Translations under genes and position numbers: made by a program
From: Octopus sinensis
Taxonomy: Eukaryota
Reading direction: 5' to 3'
DNA length: 64,000 nt
Assembly (NCBI RefSeq): GCF_006345805.1
Contig: NC_043001.1
Coordinates: 108,376,001 to 108,440,000, forward strand
Shown here: positions 12,184-26,758 of the stretch, one piece after another
Layout: each line of letters starts with the position of its first letter
How positions within the stretch are numbered: position 1 is the stretch's first letter
The notes under the pieces: model-generated
What the model saw: the letters and a program-made list of their open reading frames with translations, nothing else
Databases searched by the model: none
Told to the model about the DNA's origin: nothing

Positions 12184-12952
12184 CTATACATCAGTCACAG
12201 GTGAACTGCAATCCGTGGGTATGTATATATGTATGTATGTATTATGTATGTGTGTGTGTGTGTGTGAGTATATGTTTGTGTGTCTGTGTTTGTCCCCCCC
12301 CACCATCACTTGACAACCGATGCTGCTGTGGTTACGTCCCCATAACTTAGCAATTCGGCAAAGAGGCCGATAGAATAAGTACTGGGCTTACAAAGAATAA
12401 ATCCTGGGGTTGATTTGTACGACTAAAGGCAGTGCTCCAGCATGGCCGCAGTGAAATGACTGAAACAAGTAAAAGGATAAAAAGGCTATCACTAATACCA
12501 ACGCAGCAAACTAACTCCCAACGGATACAGTGTTATTTAGAAGCGAAGGAAACAACCAACAGCCTACAAACAGATAACAACCTATGGACGAGCATTACTT
12601 CAAACGAAACATAACATTATATTCAAAAATCATAAACGTGATTTCCTTACCAATCCCAAATGCTGACTAATAAATATTTCCAGCAAAAAGTAGAATCAGT
12701 AAAAGTATTGTAGATTCCATCAATTTGGTTGTAGCATTAAACAGGTCGCTACTGTTCAGTTCTGGAATAATAGTATATCTATCTTACCATCGTGTACTTC
12801 GGTTATGTAGATAATGAGCGGGGGTTTTTTTTGGGGGGGGGGGATTTTTTTCTAATTTATGTTGTGTGACATAGCAGTTTTCTGGTTTTATTCTGATTAG
12901 TGATTCTAGCATTAATTAATATGCAAGCAAGAAAGTCTTTGCTATTTTTATA

Positions 12953-13342
12953 TATTTCTTTACTGCCCACAAGGGGCTAAACATAGAGGGAACAAACAAG
13001 GACAGACAAACGGATTAAGTCGATTACATCGACCTCAGTGCAAAACTGGTACTTTATTTATCGACCCCGAAAGGATGAAAGGCAAAATCAAACTCGGCGG
13101 AATTTGAACTCAGAACGTAATGGCAGACGAAATACCTATTTCTTTACTACCCACAAGGGGCTACACACAGAGAGGACAAACAAGGACAGACAAATGGATT
13201 AAGTGGATTATAATGACCCTAGTGCGTAACTGGTACTTTATTTATTGACCCCGAAAGGATGAAAGGCAAATTCGACCTCGGCAGAATTTGAACTCAGAAC
13301 GTAACGACAGACGAAATAGCTAACATTTCTGCCAGCTCGCCA
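12953..13342 (-). mobile_element. SINE family B, dimeric copy
   Basis: Same two-unit structure and same junction as 2186-2572. Confidence 0.85.
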
Positions 13343-14259
13343 CTGTCTTTGCTATTTCATAATGGTTCTGTTTGGAGCTCAGCATGTCAGCCAAATATTG
13401 ATTGATGTAGCTCAAGGATCCAATGATACAAAGTTTGTGAATTGACAAGAATGTATATTCTAAATTTGCTGCAGAAGAGATTCTGTTCTATAGAGTTTGG
13501 TTGATCATGCCATGGAATTTATTACAAAAGGTGTTTATCAACAGATTAATGGAATCAGAATTAAAGACTACAGTTAATGCAAATCAAAGTATAGCTAATT
13601 TATTAGATATAACTCTAGATTTAAATATTACCCTATAAATCCAACAAGAAATTTTAGTACGTTAATATAAATTCCAGTCAAATTCTGAGAGTCATAAAAG
13701 ACTTCATGACAACAATAAGTGCATATCCCCTTATAAGGGACCCTATTATCGTGCTGCACATTATTAGAAAAGCAGTGGCTTTAAAGATATAATATATTGC
13801 ATACAACATAAATATTCATAGATGTTAAAATAGGAAGGGAAATATTACGTGGTACAATCTTTCCTACAGTTTAAATATACATTTTAATGTCAGCAGAATT
13901 TTCCCATAAATAAGCATTTTACTATACACCATAGGTATCATGAAGTCTTCAATAAAAATATTAAAGGGAACTACAGTTGCACCAAAAACTTAGCTTCTGT
14001 TCCCTGTATAAACAAATGAAACACATTCTTTATGAACACATTAAATTCTTCCCCTGTATGTAATTGTAACAACCATATCTGTCCCCTGTGTCTTGAGCTA
14101 CAGTCTTTTGCAAATACCAATAAAACACTAAGCTATAGAGAGTTCACTAAAAATCCTTTTAAAAATGGATTCTCACAAAAATATTTTAAATTCAAAGACT
14201 CTTTACTGTTTCACTATCCAAATATACAAGAGTTTAAAGGATGATAATATTAATAATTA

Positions 14260-14495
14260 AAGGCGGCGAGCTGGCAGAAACGTTAGCACACCAGGCAAAA
14301 TGCTTAGCAGTATTTTGTCTGTCTTAACGTTCTGAGTTCAAATTCTGCCAAGGTCGACTTTGTCTTTCATCCTTTCAGGGTCGATTAAACAAGTACCAGT
14401 TATGCACTGGAGTCAATGTAATTGACTTAATCCCTGTGTCTGTCCTTGTTTATTCCCTCTATGTTTAGACCCCTGTGGGCAATAAAGAAATAATA
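14260..14495 (+). mobile_element. SINE family B, full copy
   Basis: AAGGCGGCGAGCTGGCAGAAACGTTAGC head, B box, core and tail ending gggcaataaagaaat. Confidence 0.85.
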
Positions 14496-15567
14496 TTAAT
14501 AATTAAAAGATTGAACAGGCCATTGTAGAAGAAGCTTCTCCCAAAATAAATGGTTCCCGGAAGTGAGAGCTCTGTCTCTTGAAATACAATATTCTACAAC
14601 AGCCTTTTGTAATTCTAAGCAAAGAACTGACCTGTTGAATTCTTGCAGACAGTTCCAAAAAAATGTTCCCGTTAGTTGGTAGATGGAAATTCCTCAATAG
14701 AATATTAATTCAAACATAATGAACTGGCCATACTTTAAAAGATTGTCCCCTGTGTCAAAAACAATAATGCATTCATAAACACTTCCCCCTACTCATATGA
14801 TATTTGTTCTTTCTTTTTCTTTTTTTTTAGCACAAGATACAGAGGAGATGAATACAATGGATTTTTCTAATTTATTTTGGGTGTTTTTCATAATTTTAAC
14901 AGCAACCAATCAAATCTCAAAGTGTTTTTAAAGTGTTTCAACAGCAACCAATCATATCACAAAGTGTTTTCAACTACTTTGGCTAATATTTGTCATGTTG
15001 ATGCTTTTTAAAAATCATTTTTTTAAAAATCAGAAATATTAAAACCCAAGTTGCAATTCAAGAAACTTTTAATAACACATCATTCTTTTGGCGGAGGTAA
15101 AGGACATGCACTGCACCCGCTTTCAGTTATTTTTTGTGGAAGGGGGCCCTACAGAAACCTGCTTTTTTGGCTGCAGAGATTCCGAATCTGCTAAAAAAAA
15201 AAAAAAAAAAAAACAAATCAGCATTTCAAAATTTAAATTCTAATAATCTCCATATTTTTCTATGTATTTCGCCCCACAAAAATTACTAAAAAAAGTGAAA
15301 AATTGGTGGGGAGAAATTAAAATTTTGAAAAGCAAATTTTTTTTTTTTTTTTTTTGCAGATTCGCAATCACCACAGTCAAAAAAATGGGTTTCTGTAGGA
15401 AAAAAAAAACAAAACAAAGAAAAACTGAATTGGGGTGCAGTCCATATCCTTTACTCATGGTGCCATGCAGTGTGGCTGAACCCAAAACCCAGTGGGCTGG
15501 AAAGCAAGCTTCTTAACCATAGAGCCAAGCAATATAAATATTAATTTTAAAAAAACTTCAAATATAC

Positions 15568-15940
15568 AGGTGTCGGAGTGGCTATGTGGTAAGTAGCTTG
15601 TTTACCAACCACATGTTTCTGGGTTCAATCCCACTGTGTGGCACCTTGGGCAAGTGTCTTTTACTATAGCCTTGGGCCGACCAAAGCCTTGTGAGTGGAT
15701 TTGGTAGACGGAAACATATACATATATGTGTGTGTGTGCATGTTTGTGTGTCTGTGTGTGTGTTGCCAATATCGATTGACAACCGATGCTGGTGTGGTTA
15801 TGTTCCCATAACTTAGCGGTTCGGCAAAAGAGACCGATAGAATAAGTACTAAGTCCTGGGGTCGATTTGCTCGACTAAAGGCGGTGCTCCAGTATGGCCA
15901 CAGTCAAATGACTGAAACAAGTAAAAGAGTAAAAGAGAGT
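15568..15940 (+). mobile_element. SINE family A copy
   Basis: Matches the family consensus. Confidence 0.88.
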
Positions 15941-16526
15941 ATAAGATAAAATGGATGTAAAACAAAGGGTCAACCATACAAAACATTTTATGCAAGGGGA
16001 AATAATGCAGTTTCCTAGCATAAAATTACACACACACACAAACACACATATAACCAATAATTTATGCACAACAGCATGAATATTCAAATTTATAGACATA
16101 TATTAATTGTCTTGTATAGGACTGTTTACAGTTGAGAAATATCTACACACTGTTGGCCTAGTTCTCATTGCAGACCAAACAGCAAAATGTATAAAATCTG
16201 GAAAAGATTATACACAGAATAATATAAGTGAATGTTAGAGATGAAAACAATTAGAGTACAATGGCAGTTTTGTTGAGTGAACGGAAGGGCTTCATAAGGG
16301 ACTGGAAGACCAGGATCTATTAATACAGATCCAAATTTATTTTTAGAAGCAGAATAAACAATAATCTTTGTAAAAGGATATAAGACTTAAACAACAACAA
16401 CAAAGATATGTTGATGGCTGCAAGCATGGCAGCACAGTCAAATGATCCAAAAGTAACAAGGGTCTTGGATTCAAACCCAATGTAGAGCACTCTTGGCAAG
16501 TGACTTTTACAAATAAGACTTTATAT

Positions 16527-16890
16527 AATCATCATCATCATCATCATTTAACATCCGCTTTTCATGCTAGCATGGGTTGGACGAATGATTGAAGGCTGGC
16601 AAACCAGATGGCTGACAAGGTTTCTACAGCTGGATGCCCTTCCTAATGCCAACCACTCCGAGAGTGTAGTGGGTGCTTTTTACGTGCCACCAGCACGGGG
16701 CCAGTCAGGTGGTACTGGCAACGACCTCGCTCGAATCTTTTACACATGCCACCGGCACAGGTGCCAGTAAGGCGACGCTGGTAACAATCACACTTGAATG
16801 GTGTCTTTTACGTGCCACCGGCACAGAGGTCAGATAGCCGCTCTGGCAACGATCATGCTCGGATGGTGCTCTTAATACCCTACTAGCACA
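16527..16890 (-). mobile_element. RTE-clade 3'UTR copy with about 4 diverged VNTR units
   Basis: Starts with (CAT)n on plus, then the reverse complement of the 4375-4751 structure. Confidence 0.75.
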
Positions 16891-17999
16891 GGGCTCGAGG
16901 AAGAAAATCAGAACTTCAGATAAAAGACAAGAAAGACACATAGAAAAGGAATCTCATAAATCTATCACAGACACAGATTACTTTTAGTAAAATAGCTTTT
17001 GTTTATAGAAGGAGAAATGTGTGCAGAGACGGAGATCAATTTTAAAAGTTCATTTTAGCATGACTATTTTGATAGCCTTCCAAAGTTGCTAATCCAGATG
17101 ATTTGGTTATCTTTCTTTCACTGAGGTCATCCAAATACTGTGAGGTAGATTTCAAGGATGAGAAAAGAAGATTAAAAAAAAAAATTACTATTGGTTGCAG
17201 GCTTCTTGCTACTACAGTATCCGTCATCTCACAGAAGCAGCAAAGCCAGATATGTTATGGCTGTCTTTTGGGACAGCACCATCCACTTTGTTCTCCAACA
17301 ATATAATGCTCAGGAAGTGAAAAAACGTTTTGAGCCTTCACTCTTCCACAGAAAGGAACACAGAAATTAACAAGGAGAGAAAATAATATATATATACACA
17401 CACACACACATACATACACACACACAATGGGCTTCCATACAGTTTTTGTCAACCAAATTCATTCACAAGACATTGTTTGGCTCAGAAGAAGACACTTGCC
17501 CAAGGTGCCATGCAGTGGGACAGAACCTGAAACCACATGGTTGCTAAGCAAGCTTCTTAACCACAAAGCAATTCCCTTGCCTATAAACTTTATCTCTCTT
17601 TCTCTCTCTTACCTTGCAACTAATACTTTATCTTTGCCACTCTTAGACGGAGAAGAGGAGTCTCAAAATATTAGCTTCTTCATTCCTCACACGAAAAGAG
17701 ATAATTAATATCCCGAGAATAAATAGATTCAGGGAAAATTTGATATGTTTTCTGTTAAGTAACAGATTTGTTCAAACTCTCAGCTCAAACTGGAAACAAA
17801 ATGTAAATACAATGGACTGACTATCTCGTACATCTCAGCTAAATGATATCAGAAATCCTACTAACGTATTTTATATGACTTCAGATATCTCCTGTAAGTG
17901 AAAATATTCCTTAAAATAAAACTCAAATTAATAGGACTGCTATCTGAATAGAAAGTAAGTCACATGGGCTAAAGAAAAGCAAAGGTGTTCTATATTTAA

Positions 18000-18300
18000 G
18001 AGATGAGGAATTATGTACATTATTTACATTATTTATATTTGAAGGACACTTGTCCCCATCTTGTTCGTTGCCAACACATTTCGGCTGATACACCCTCCAG
18101 CCCTCATCAGGTGTCCCGGAGAAATCTCAAACCTGGCCTCCCACTCCTAAGGCACGTTTTTCAATGCTTTTATTATTATTATTATTATTATTCAGATCAC
18201 TGCCCGGAATCAAACTCAGAATCTTAGGTTTAACCATGGGCATATGGCATAGTGGTTAAGAGCACGGGCTACTAACCCCAAGATTCTGAGCCCAATTCCA
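18000..18300. mobile_element. Family C copy with a 5' inversion (tail on minus, head on plus at 18238-18300)
   Basis: Degenerate hammerhead at 18073-18115 (-); the inverted head overlaps the forward part at aagattctgag. Confidence 0.75.
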
Positions 18301-18309
18301 TATAGGAAC

Positions 18310-18371
18310 TGTGAGTGGATTTGGTAGACAGAAACTGAAAGAAGCCCGTCGTGTATGTATGTATGTATATG

Positions 18372-18430
<59 letters not shown>

Positions 18431-18670
18431 GTGTGTGTGTGTGTATGTTTGTGTGTCTGTGTTTGTCCCCCCAGCATCGCTTGACAACTGATGCTGGTGT
18501 GTTTACGTCCTCATAACTTAGCAGTTTGGCAAAAGAGACTGATAGAATAAGTACTAGGCTTACAAAGAATAAGTCCTGAGGTCGATTTGCTCGACTAAAG
18601 GCGACGCTCGAGCATGGCCACAGTCAAATGACTGAAACAAGTAAAAGAGTAAAAAAAGAGTAAAGAGTAT
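18310..18670 (+). mobile_element. SINE family A, 5'-truncated
   Basis: Starts at gtgagtggatttggtagac; central microsatellite and tail present. Confidence 0.85.
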
Positions 18671-18728
18671 GGGCTTTTGGAAAATCCTACATAATGTGTG
18701 TGTGTGTGTCTATACATGTATATATATC

Positions 18729-18763
<35 letters not shown>

Positions 18764-19386
18764 GTGTACATATATACATAGACATACATACACTCACACA
18801 CACACACATATGTCTAACTGATGCCATCATCATTTAATGGATGTTTGATGATGCCTATTGCATGGTAGCTTGTGAAGGATGAACTCTGTTGGTTTGCTAT
18901 TTTTCTTTGCCACTAATTACTAAAACAAAATAAAAACGAAAACACAATTAATTAAAACTGAGACAATTAAAGTCCAGGTAATAATCACAGCTGTTGAAGT
19001 ATCAACAACTGAACTTGCGAACAATGTGGTCAATTGGATAGCTGCTTGACCTAATAGCCATCAGTCTTATTTTCAAGTGATACGGCTGTTCTTCACTTAA
19101 TAGGGTTAACCATTTCAAGTAGAGAGAGATCAGCCGATCTTAAACATATTTGAACTGTCACATATGACAGGTTTATAGACACCTGAAGGCTAGTTCAGAT
19201 GATCACTTATATGGAAGAATCTCAACCATTTTTGGTCATTTCAGCTTGTGTCATTGAAGACAAGATTAATAACAAAAGATGAAAGACTACAAAGGCAGTA
19301 AAGGAGACACCATTAATGGGTGCTACAAGTAGACATAAACTTGAAGAGAAAGAAGAAAATATTTGATTGAATATTTTTAGTTATGA

Positions 19387-19770
19387 CTAGCAGTATCGCC
19401 CGGCGTTGCTCGGGTTTGTAAGGGAAATAACTATATAAGCATTTTTAGAGATGTAAAGTATAATAGCCATCTCAATATGGCTAACCATATACTGTAGCTT
19501 TTTACATTCTGAGATTTAATAATAAATTTTTAGAGAGTTACTTCCCTTATATATGCCAAAAATGCATTAAAAATGGGAAAAATTGATGGTAAATTTTTTT
19601 TTAAATCATAGACTCATCGTAGATGCGTGCTAATACCCAGAAGGGCTCGATATGAATCACGACTATAAGATACCCGGTTTTGGTTAAACTGCACCGCAAA
19701 ATGTGGGAGTAGTTAGGAATCTAAATCGTAGGAGACAGACAGCACACAACCTCTCTTTTATATATAAAGA
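19387..19770 (-). mobile_element. Non-autonomous Helitron (384 bp)
   Basis: Minus strand: A|TCTTTATATATAAAAG...CCCGAGCAACGCCGGGCGATACTGCTAG|T. It has 5'-TC, 3'-CTAG, a subterminal hairpin, an A|T target and no TSD. Confidence 0.9.
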
Positions 19771-20378
19771 TTACAAAGACTAAATTAAAACTAACCTTAT
19801 TCTTTATGCAACAGTCATTAGTCTCCCTATTATTGGAGATTAGTCGTTTACTCAACAATGTAATGACAACAATATTGAAAATAAGATTCTACATACATGT
19901 TATCAAAATATACTCCAAGGACTGTACAGATAGCTTTCTAAAAGTAAAAGGTAGTTTCTGTTACTAAGGTGACCTAATTAGTACTGGAAGTGACTTCAGT
20001 GAAAGTATAATAACTAGACTAATAAAATGATTTAAGAAGTTCAAGATGTTACTCCTGTTGGCAACAGAGGGCATCTATCTACACAAAAGGTAGAAACAAA
20101 GGTCGTATGTGTGATAAGTGTCATACTATGCAATGACGAAGCATAAACCTAAAAATGAAAGAGAATTTTAATCGGCTGCAGAGAAATTCACTGAATATTG
20201 ATTTGATGTGACTTTATCAGCAAAGGAAAGGCTGTGAACTTGGGACATTTTCAGTGCCTTTGACAAATATGGGAGGAAGAAAGGAAGTTACCCCCATGAC
20301 TGGAGAACTGAGCTAAATGCATACATCAACATAAACTGCTGAGGCCAAGTGAGGGTTTTAAACTAGGTTCTGGATTAA

Positions 20379-20533
20379 CACTTTAGCATTCAGATTATTC
20401 TGTTAAAAGTAATGCTTATTTATTCATATTATTTTGAATTGATCATGGATTATCTTGTAGTATCTGGCTGGTCTGAACATTAAAAACAGGTAGAATATTT
20501 GGGCCAGTCAGGGCTGGCTTAAATGCTAAAGGG
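20379..20533. mobile_element. piggyBac-like MITE family 2 (other copies at about 29404-29613 and 56339-56515)
   Basis: TTAA|C.CTTTAGCATT...AATGCTAAAGGG|TTAA; shared internal sequence. Confidence 0.78.
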
Positions 20534-21109
20534 TTAAGTCAAACAACCTTTCACACCGTGTCCATTGACCAACTTCACTCAGAAAGTTGATCCAAGGCTG
20601 GATGACACTTGCCAGAAGTAATATACAGTGGCATTAAACCTAAAACCACATAGTTGCAAAGCAAATTCAACCATATTTCGTTTTGGGGTTTGGTTTGCAA
20701 GATTCTGGTGTGTTTACGTCCCCCATCACTTAGCAGTTTGGCAAGAGAGACTGATAGAATAAGTACTAGGCTTACAAAGAATAAGTCCTGGGGTTGATTT
20801 GCTCAACTAAAGACAGTGAAAAGACTTAAAAAGGTTGCAAGATGCAACAAAAATTTTAGGAAAACAAGAATAAGAAATAAGTGGAAATTTTACCGGTGAG
20901 TGTGTTAAATTATAAGGCACTAAAAGAACTCCCTAGACACAACGGAAAATTCAACCATGTTAGAAAAAGGAGGGATACATTGAATAATGTGGCGCAAAGT
21001 AAACTATTTCCTGAAAGGTGAAGAAAACAAATAAGGTAGGATGGCCAAAGCTGGAAAGTCTTTCATTATATATCTGCTCCATCTGGTTTAAAGAACAACA
21101 GCAACAGAA

Positions 21110-21320
21110 GTGGAGGCGCAATGGCCCAGTGGTTAGGGGAGCAGACTCGTGGCCATAAGAACGCGGTTTTGATTCCCAGACCAGGCATTGTGAGTGTTTA
21201 TTGAGTAAAAACACCTGAGCTCCACGAGGCTCCGGCGTGGGGTGGGGTGGGGGAGGGGGTTTGGATTAACCCCGCTGTACTCTTTCACCACATTACACTC
21301 TCACTCTTTCTTCCTACTTC
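21110..21320 (+). mobile_element. SINE family D with a tRNA-Arg-like head
   Basis: GGCGCAATGGCCCAGTGGTTAGGG.AGC.GACTCG head; body shared with 55978-56272. Confidence 0.75.
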
Positions 21321-21339
21321 TGCCACAAAGCAGAGGAAC

Positions 21340-21494
21340 CATGGTGTAACCCACTATGGTGTGGTAAACTTTCAGACCATAGTCTAGATTGCGAATCCTC
21401 TGTACCCCAGGATGGTTCAGCTCTCCATCCATTAAAAGCCACTGTTTACGGAACGAGAATAATAACATAGCTTGTGGGGCTAATGGTGTGAGTC
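21340..21494 (-). CDS. Candidate internal exon (phase 1-0) of an unidentified gene
   Basis: Pyrimidine-rich acceptor gttcttcttccaatcag|GA; frame (G)LTPLAPQAMLLFSFRKQWLLMDGELNHPGVQRIRNLDYGLKVYHTIVGYTM. The donor (gttcct) is weak, so the end is uncertain. Confidence 0.3.
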
Positions 21495-22101
21495 CTGATT
21501 GGAAGAAGAACAGCAACAACAACAACATTACTGAATTGAAAAGCAAGTGAACACCATGTAAACAACTACTACTACTGCTGCTGCTGCTACTACTACAACT
21601 TTACACTGCAGCAAAATCCTAAAGCCCTATTCCAAATCAATGATTAAACTTTTAAGTTACCAGCCAATCATCAACGCAATCATAATCATTTCATGTAACA
21701 CCTATGATCCAATGATGATAGAAGATAACAGCAGCTACTACTACTACTGCTATTACTACCACCACAACCACAAAATCAATTGTTGCCTCACAGCTGTTAC
21801 CATGGTAACCCATCTTGTTTATCTGTATTTAACGAACTGACTCTCAAATGTCAGTTAATACATCCACAGCCACATTAAAGAACAAAAGCTGCTAAACATG
21901 CAATACACACACACACACACATGCACATGCAACACACCTGTTAAATAGATACGATGGGAGAATGAGTGGGGGAGGGAAGTTACACCTGTCATTAAGAATT
22001 GATGGCTTGTCAGTCATTGTAACAGGAGTTCAAAACAGAAAATGTAATTCAAATAGATCCTGAGCCCCAGGGGAACTTTTAAGGACTAATATTGATATTT
22101 C

Positions 22102-22142
<41 letters not shown>

Positions 22143-23369
22143 CAAGCGTGCAACACACATACACACACGTGGCGGGGGTGGGGTGGGGGGATTGATTGCA
22201 TGGCATGAAGCAGATGAGAAAGAAATCTTCCACTGAACAGGATGGCAGTTTATCATTAGATAACATTCCCCCAATGATCTGATGGAAGTATGACTGACTG
22301 CTGAGGTGTAGAATAAAGCAGTCTCCCAAGAGAAGAAGGTAAATAAAAAGCGTTCATCTGAGACTAAACAACATCAACGAGATGTAAAAAAGAAGCTGAG
22401 AAAGTTGTCTCTACATGGGCACTAGATCTGCTAGAAATAGCAGCTAAATCTCCCTCAAATCAGATTATGCGTTACACCATCTTATATAAAGAGAGGACAC
22501 ATTGGTTAATATAGCCGTAGATATACATTAAATAATATAACCCAAGATACACTTTGGAGTGTATTCGGAAAGTCTGCCGAAAAAATTTTTGCTACAGGAA
22601 AATTCGCTTCAGGATTTTGGGCCGTAGGAAAGTTCACCGCAAGACAATTTCACGGAAAAAAAATAATGAATTGTTCCCTTGGTATAGAATTTTTACAACC
22701 AACCTATCTAATAGATTACTAGAATCAAACGGTAGTAAACAATGTTCAGCAAAAGAGACCGATAGAATAAGTCCTAGGCTTACAAAGAAGAAGTCCTGGA
22801 GTCGATTTGTTCGACTAAAGGCGGTGCTCCAGTATGGCTGCAGTCCAATGACTGAAACAAGTAAAGGAATAAAAGAACAAAAGAAATGATTAATAAAACA
22901 CAACTAAACATAAATTCTTCCGACTCGACTTTCTACTTGAAATCCTGTCACGGTTGATTTTGCCTTTCATTCCTCTAGGGGTCAATAAAGGCAAAGTACC
23001 AGTCAAGTACTGGGGTCATCTGCAGAAACTAACCTTAAACTGCTAACCTTTTGCCTGTATTAGAAACAATTGTTGTATCAGGATTCTGCTGCTATTACAA
23101 AAAAAAAATCATTATCTTAACAATATGTTTAAAGACATCTAACGAAGGCACTTTTATTGTTTAAATTATCATATATTCGAATTAATTTGCTTAAATTCTT
23201 CAATTACCATTGTTGTGTCGTGGCCCAGTTGCATGTTCAGGTAACATTAATCAATACAGCAAGGAAGTCAGATCAATAAATGTAAAGTATATGTTAAACT
23301 ATCAACTTGTCATTGTATTTATTTTTAACGTTATGTGGTGGGGAAGCAAGAGGCAAGGTGTTTATTTCT

Positions 23370-23880
23370 TATCATATTTACTCTCTCTTTTTCTCTCTGT
23401 CTCTATCTCTCTCTCTCTTTCACGCTGTCTATTTTTCTTGTCGTCTCATTCTTTCTTGCTCCTTATCAATCTCAAACAAGAGCTCTCTCTCTCTCTCTAG
23501 CTTCTCTCAGCAACTCACATTTTTTCCTTCACCACTTCTCACCTTTGTTTTTTTCCCCCACTTTCTTTCTCTCCTTCTCTCTCTCTCTTTCTCTCTACCT
23601 ATCTTTCTAACTGTCTATTTCTTTCAATAGCTCTCATTCTTTCTCTCTCCCTAACAATTTCTAACAAGCTCTTTTCTTATCTCCCCATTTCTTCTCCTTC
23701 ATTCTCTCTCTCTCTCTTTCTCCAGCTTCTTCCCCCACCAGCTCACACATTTTCTCTTTCACTACTTCTCTCTCCCCCTACACACACACACACACACACA
23801 CACCATCTCTTCCATTCATTTCTCTCATTCTTTTTCTTGCCTTCTCATCAATTTTCTTCCTCTTCCATTCTCTCCAAGCA
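23370..23880. repeat. Polypyrimidine / (CT)n low-complexity tract
   Basis: Strongly C/T-biased plus strand; the source of three spurious ORFs. Confidence 0.9.
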
Positions 23881-24554
23881 ATATATAAATAAATAAATAC
23901 ACAAACCATAATTTATAAACCTTCTCTTCATTCTCCAAACTATTTCATACATTTTTGATCAGCAGACAGATATATCTTTGGTATTTATTTAGTAAGCTCT
24001 CGAGAATGAACAGAATAAAACTTAGTCTAGCAGAGTTTGGAACTCGGAAGCACAGGATACCAAACTACAGGCCAAAATTACAGGTATATTCACATTGCTT
24101 TGTTTCAAAGCTATATTGTACTGAAGAACATAATTTTAATGTCCATTTTCCTATGCTTGCATGGCTCAGATGGAGTTGACTGAAGTGGGTTGTCTACAGC
24201 TGGATGCCCTTCCTGTCACCAACCCTCATTTGTTTCTAAGCAAGGTAATATTTCCCCAAGGTCAGACATGTTTTTACAGAATATTAGAAATGAATCGCGT
24301 CCATTTACCATATCATGTGAAGTCAAGAAAAGACACAAACATACACACACACACTAACACATGCACACACACACATATATATATATACAAACCTGTGTAT
24401 ATCTGTGTGTGTATGTGTGTGTGTGTGCACATATATATATAATTCAAAGAGAGTTAGAGGTTGTGAATGCAACCAACTAAGGGATAATATCTATCCAATA
24501 TACTGCTGGTAGAATACCCAATTATTAATACACAAGTGTTGGTTATTGTGTGGC

Positions 24555-24841
24555 AATTACCCTACTGAGTATAATAATTAGGTGAGGGTAATAAGTGGTT
24601 TTACCCTTAATTTATATGGCAAGAAGAAAATGGAGGGAATCCAGAGGTAGTATTCTTCAACTGTTAGACATTGTATTATGTCAATTTATTTATTTTAAAC
24701 AGTTCAGATAATATATAAATACATGTGTAAAGTACCAGTAATTACTTACTTCTGGATTCTCTCCATTTTCTTCTTGCCATATAAATTAAGGGTAAAACCA
24801 CTTATTACCCTCGCCTAATTATTATACTCAGTAAGGTAATT
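24555..24841. mobile_element. MITE with about 90-bp near-perfect terminal inverted repeats
   Basis: aattaccctactgagtataataattaggtgagggtaataagtggttttaccc... is mirrored at 24750-24841. Confidence 0.85.
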
Positions 24842-26758
24842 ACATATATAATATATATATTTGACTTCTCCTGTGCAAAATCAAAACCATGCCAAAAACT
24901 GACCTCACCTGTGCAGGTGCCACTTAAAAAGCACTCAGCCCACTCTGCAGAGTAGTTGGTATTAGGAATGGCATCCAAACGTAAAGACCCTGCCAAAACA
25001 GACACAGAAGTATGGTGCAGGCTTTCACCTGACCAGCTCCTGTTAAACTGTCCCTCCCATGCTAGCATGGAAGGGGGACATTAAATGATGATGATATATA
25101 TAACAAGCTTCTTTTGGTTTCCATCAACTCACTCCACTCACAAGCTTGGATATCTATAGATGCAGCATGAAGTTTTGTCAGTGAACAGGTCGCGGTCTCA
25201 AAGCGAAGGAAATATTTTGGCAAATGAAATTTAAACGTTGAAGTGAATCTAACGGTTTTTGTGTGTTTCTTAAATGGCTTATAAACACCTTCCACGCTGC
25301 AACTGTTTTCGTTCCAACACACGATCTCAGATCAGGTCACTTGCTATGCAAGTACATCTCCATAATATATATTTATATAAGATATGGGGAGAATTCACCA
25401 AAAAAAAACAAAACAAAAGACGAAGACAGGTGTATCAGTTTGACACTAGGGGAAGTGAAAAAGTCTTTAACATTTGGAGTATCTCTATAAAAACAAGATG
25501 ATAACACCTGTCTATTTACAGGCAATTTTGGCTAAAATCTGTCGGAAAGTTCTGTTTGTACAGTATAGCATGATATTCCACAAATCATAAATATCAGTAA
25601 GACAACTTAAACAATGCACACTTGTAAGCAGTTACATAGTATAATTTGATAAAGGAAAAATTAAGCCACAGCACAGCACTGTCGCCTTTCATTCTGTTAC
25701 AATTCAAGATGGTGGCAATAAAATTAGTGTTAATGCTTTTAATTATCTATTTCAAATATAATTATATTGGATTACTAAAATCAGAAGCTTTATAACATAT
25801 TAGACACCGAGAAGCAGGCAAGCTGTCTTAATGCTCTTAATCTAATAGATTAAACTAATATATAATTTAAATGTACATAGAAAACAAAACAAAAAAAAAG
25901 CCATGACATTCTAAAACAAAATGTCTCTTAGCACACTAATAAAATTAAATAAAACACTAAAAAAAAAAGTTTTTAAAAAAATAAAAGAAAAGAGGAGACA
26001 TTTAAATGTTTTTGCTGTTAAATCTTTTGATTGATTTCTGTGAATTGAAAGATCTTATCAATAGCTGGGCAATCCTGGAAAATTTCATTGTGTCTTTGAA
26101 ATTGGTAATCTTTTGAAAACCTGTCATGTTTTATCTCTCACAAACAGATAATTTTTACATTGAAAATATATAAAGCCACCAATGTTTGTAAAGAATCTCT
26201 ACAAAAACATAAAGGTGATTCCATACAACCTGTTCATGACAGCATGTAATTTAGAAGAATGTGACCCACACAAAGCCAACGAAATATCTATTTATTTTTA
26301 TTGTTTCGTAACAGATAAAATTTTATAAGGTGATAAACATCATCGAGATAATGGAAGATAGTTTATCTAAGCACAGGCATAGCTGTGTGGTAAGAGGTTT
26401 ACTTCCCAACCACATGGTTCCAGGTTCAGTTCCACTGCGTGGCGTCTGGGGCAGGGGTTTTCTACAAGAGCCACGGGCTAACCAAAGATTTTGGTAGACA
26501 AAAACTAAAAGAAGCCTGTCTCGAGTATACATGTGTATGCGTCTTAGTGTCTACGTTTCTCCCCCAACACTGCCCGACAACTGGTGTTGTAACTTAGCAG
26601 TCTGGTAAAAGAGAACGATAGAATAAATATCAGTCTTAGAAAAGAAAGAAAGTAATACTGGCGCTTATTCACTCGACTAAAATTCTTCAAGGCAATGCCC
26701 CAGCTTGGCCACAGTCTAATGACTGAAACAAGACAAAAGAAGAAAAAAAACTTTTATC

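Noticed and set aside
14890-15101. Tandem CCAAT boxes as a promoter
   Set aside because: They are part of a 42-bp duplication, and the segment ends in a tttggcggaggtaa motif typical of a non-autonomous transposon terminus; no adjacent exon.
22560-22660. Short spaced aaattcgc/gaacatttc motifs (also 3345-3420) as a regulatory array
   Set aside because: They are degenerate repeats of about 15 bp, more simply explained as MITE subterminal repeats; I could not define the termini.
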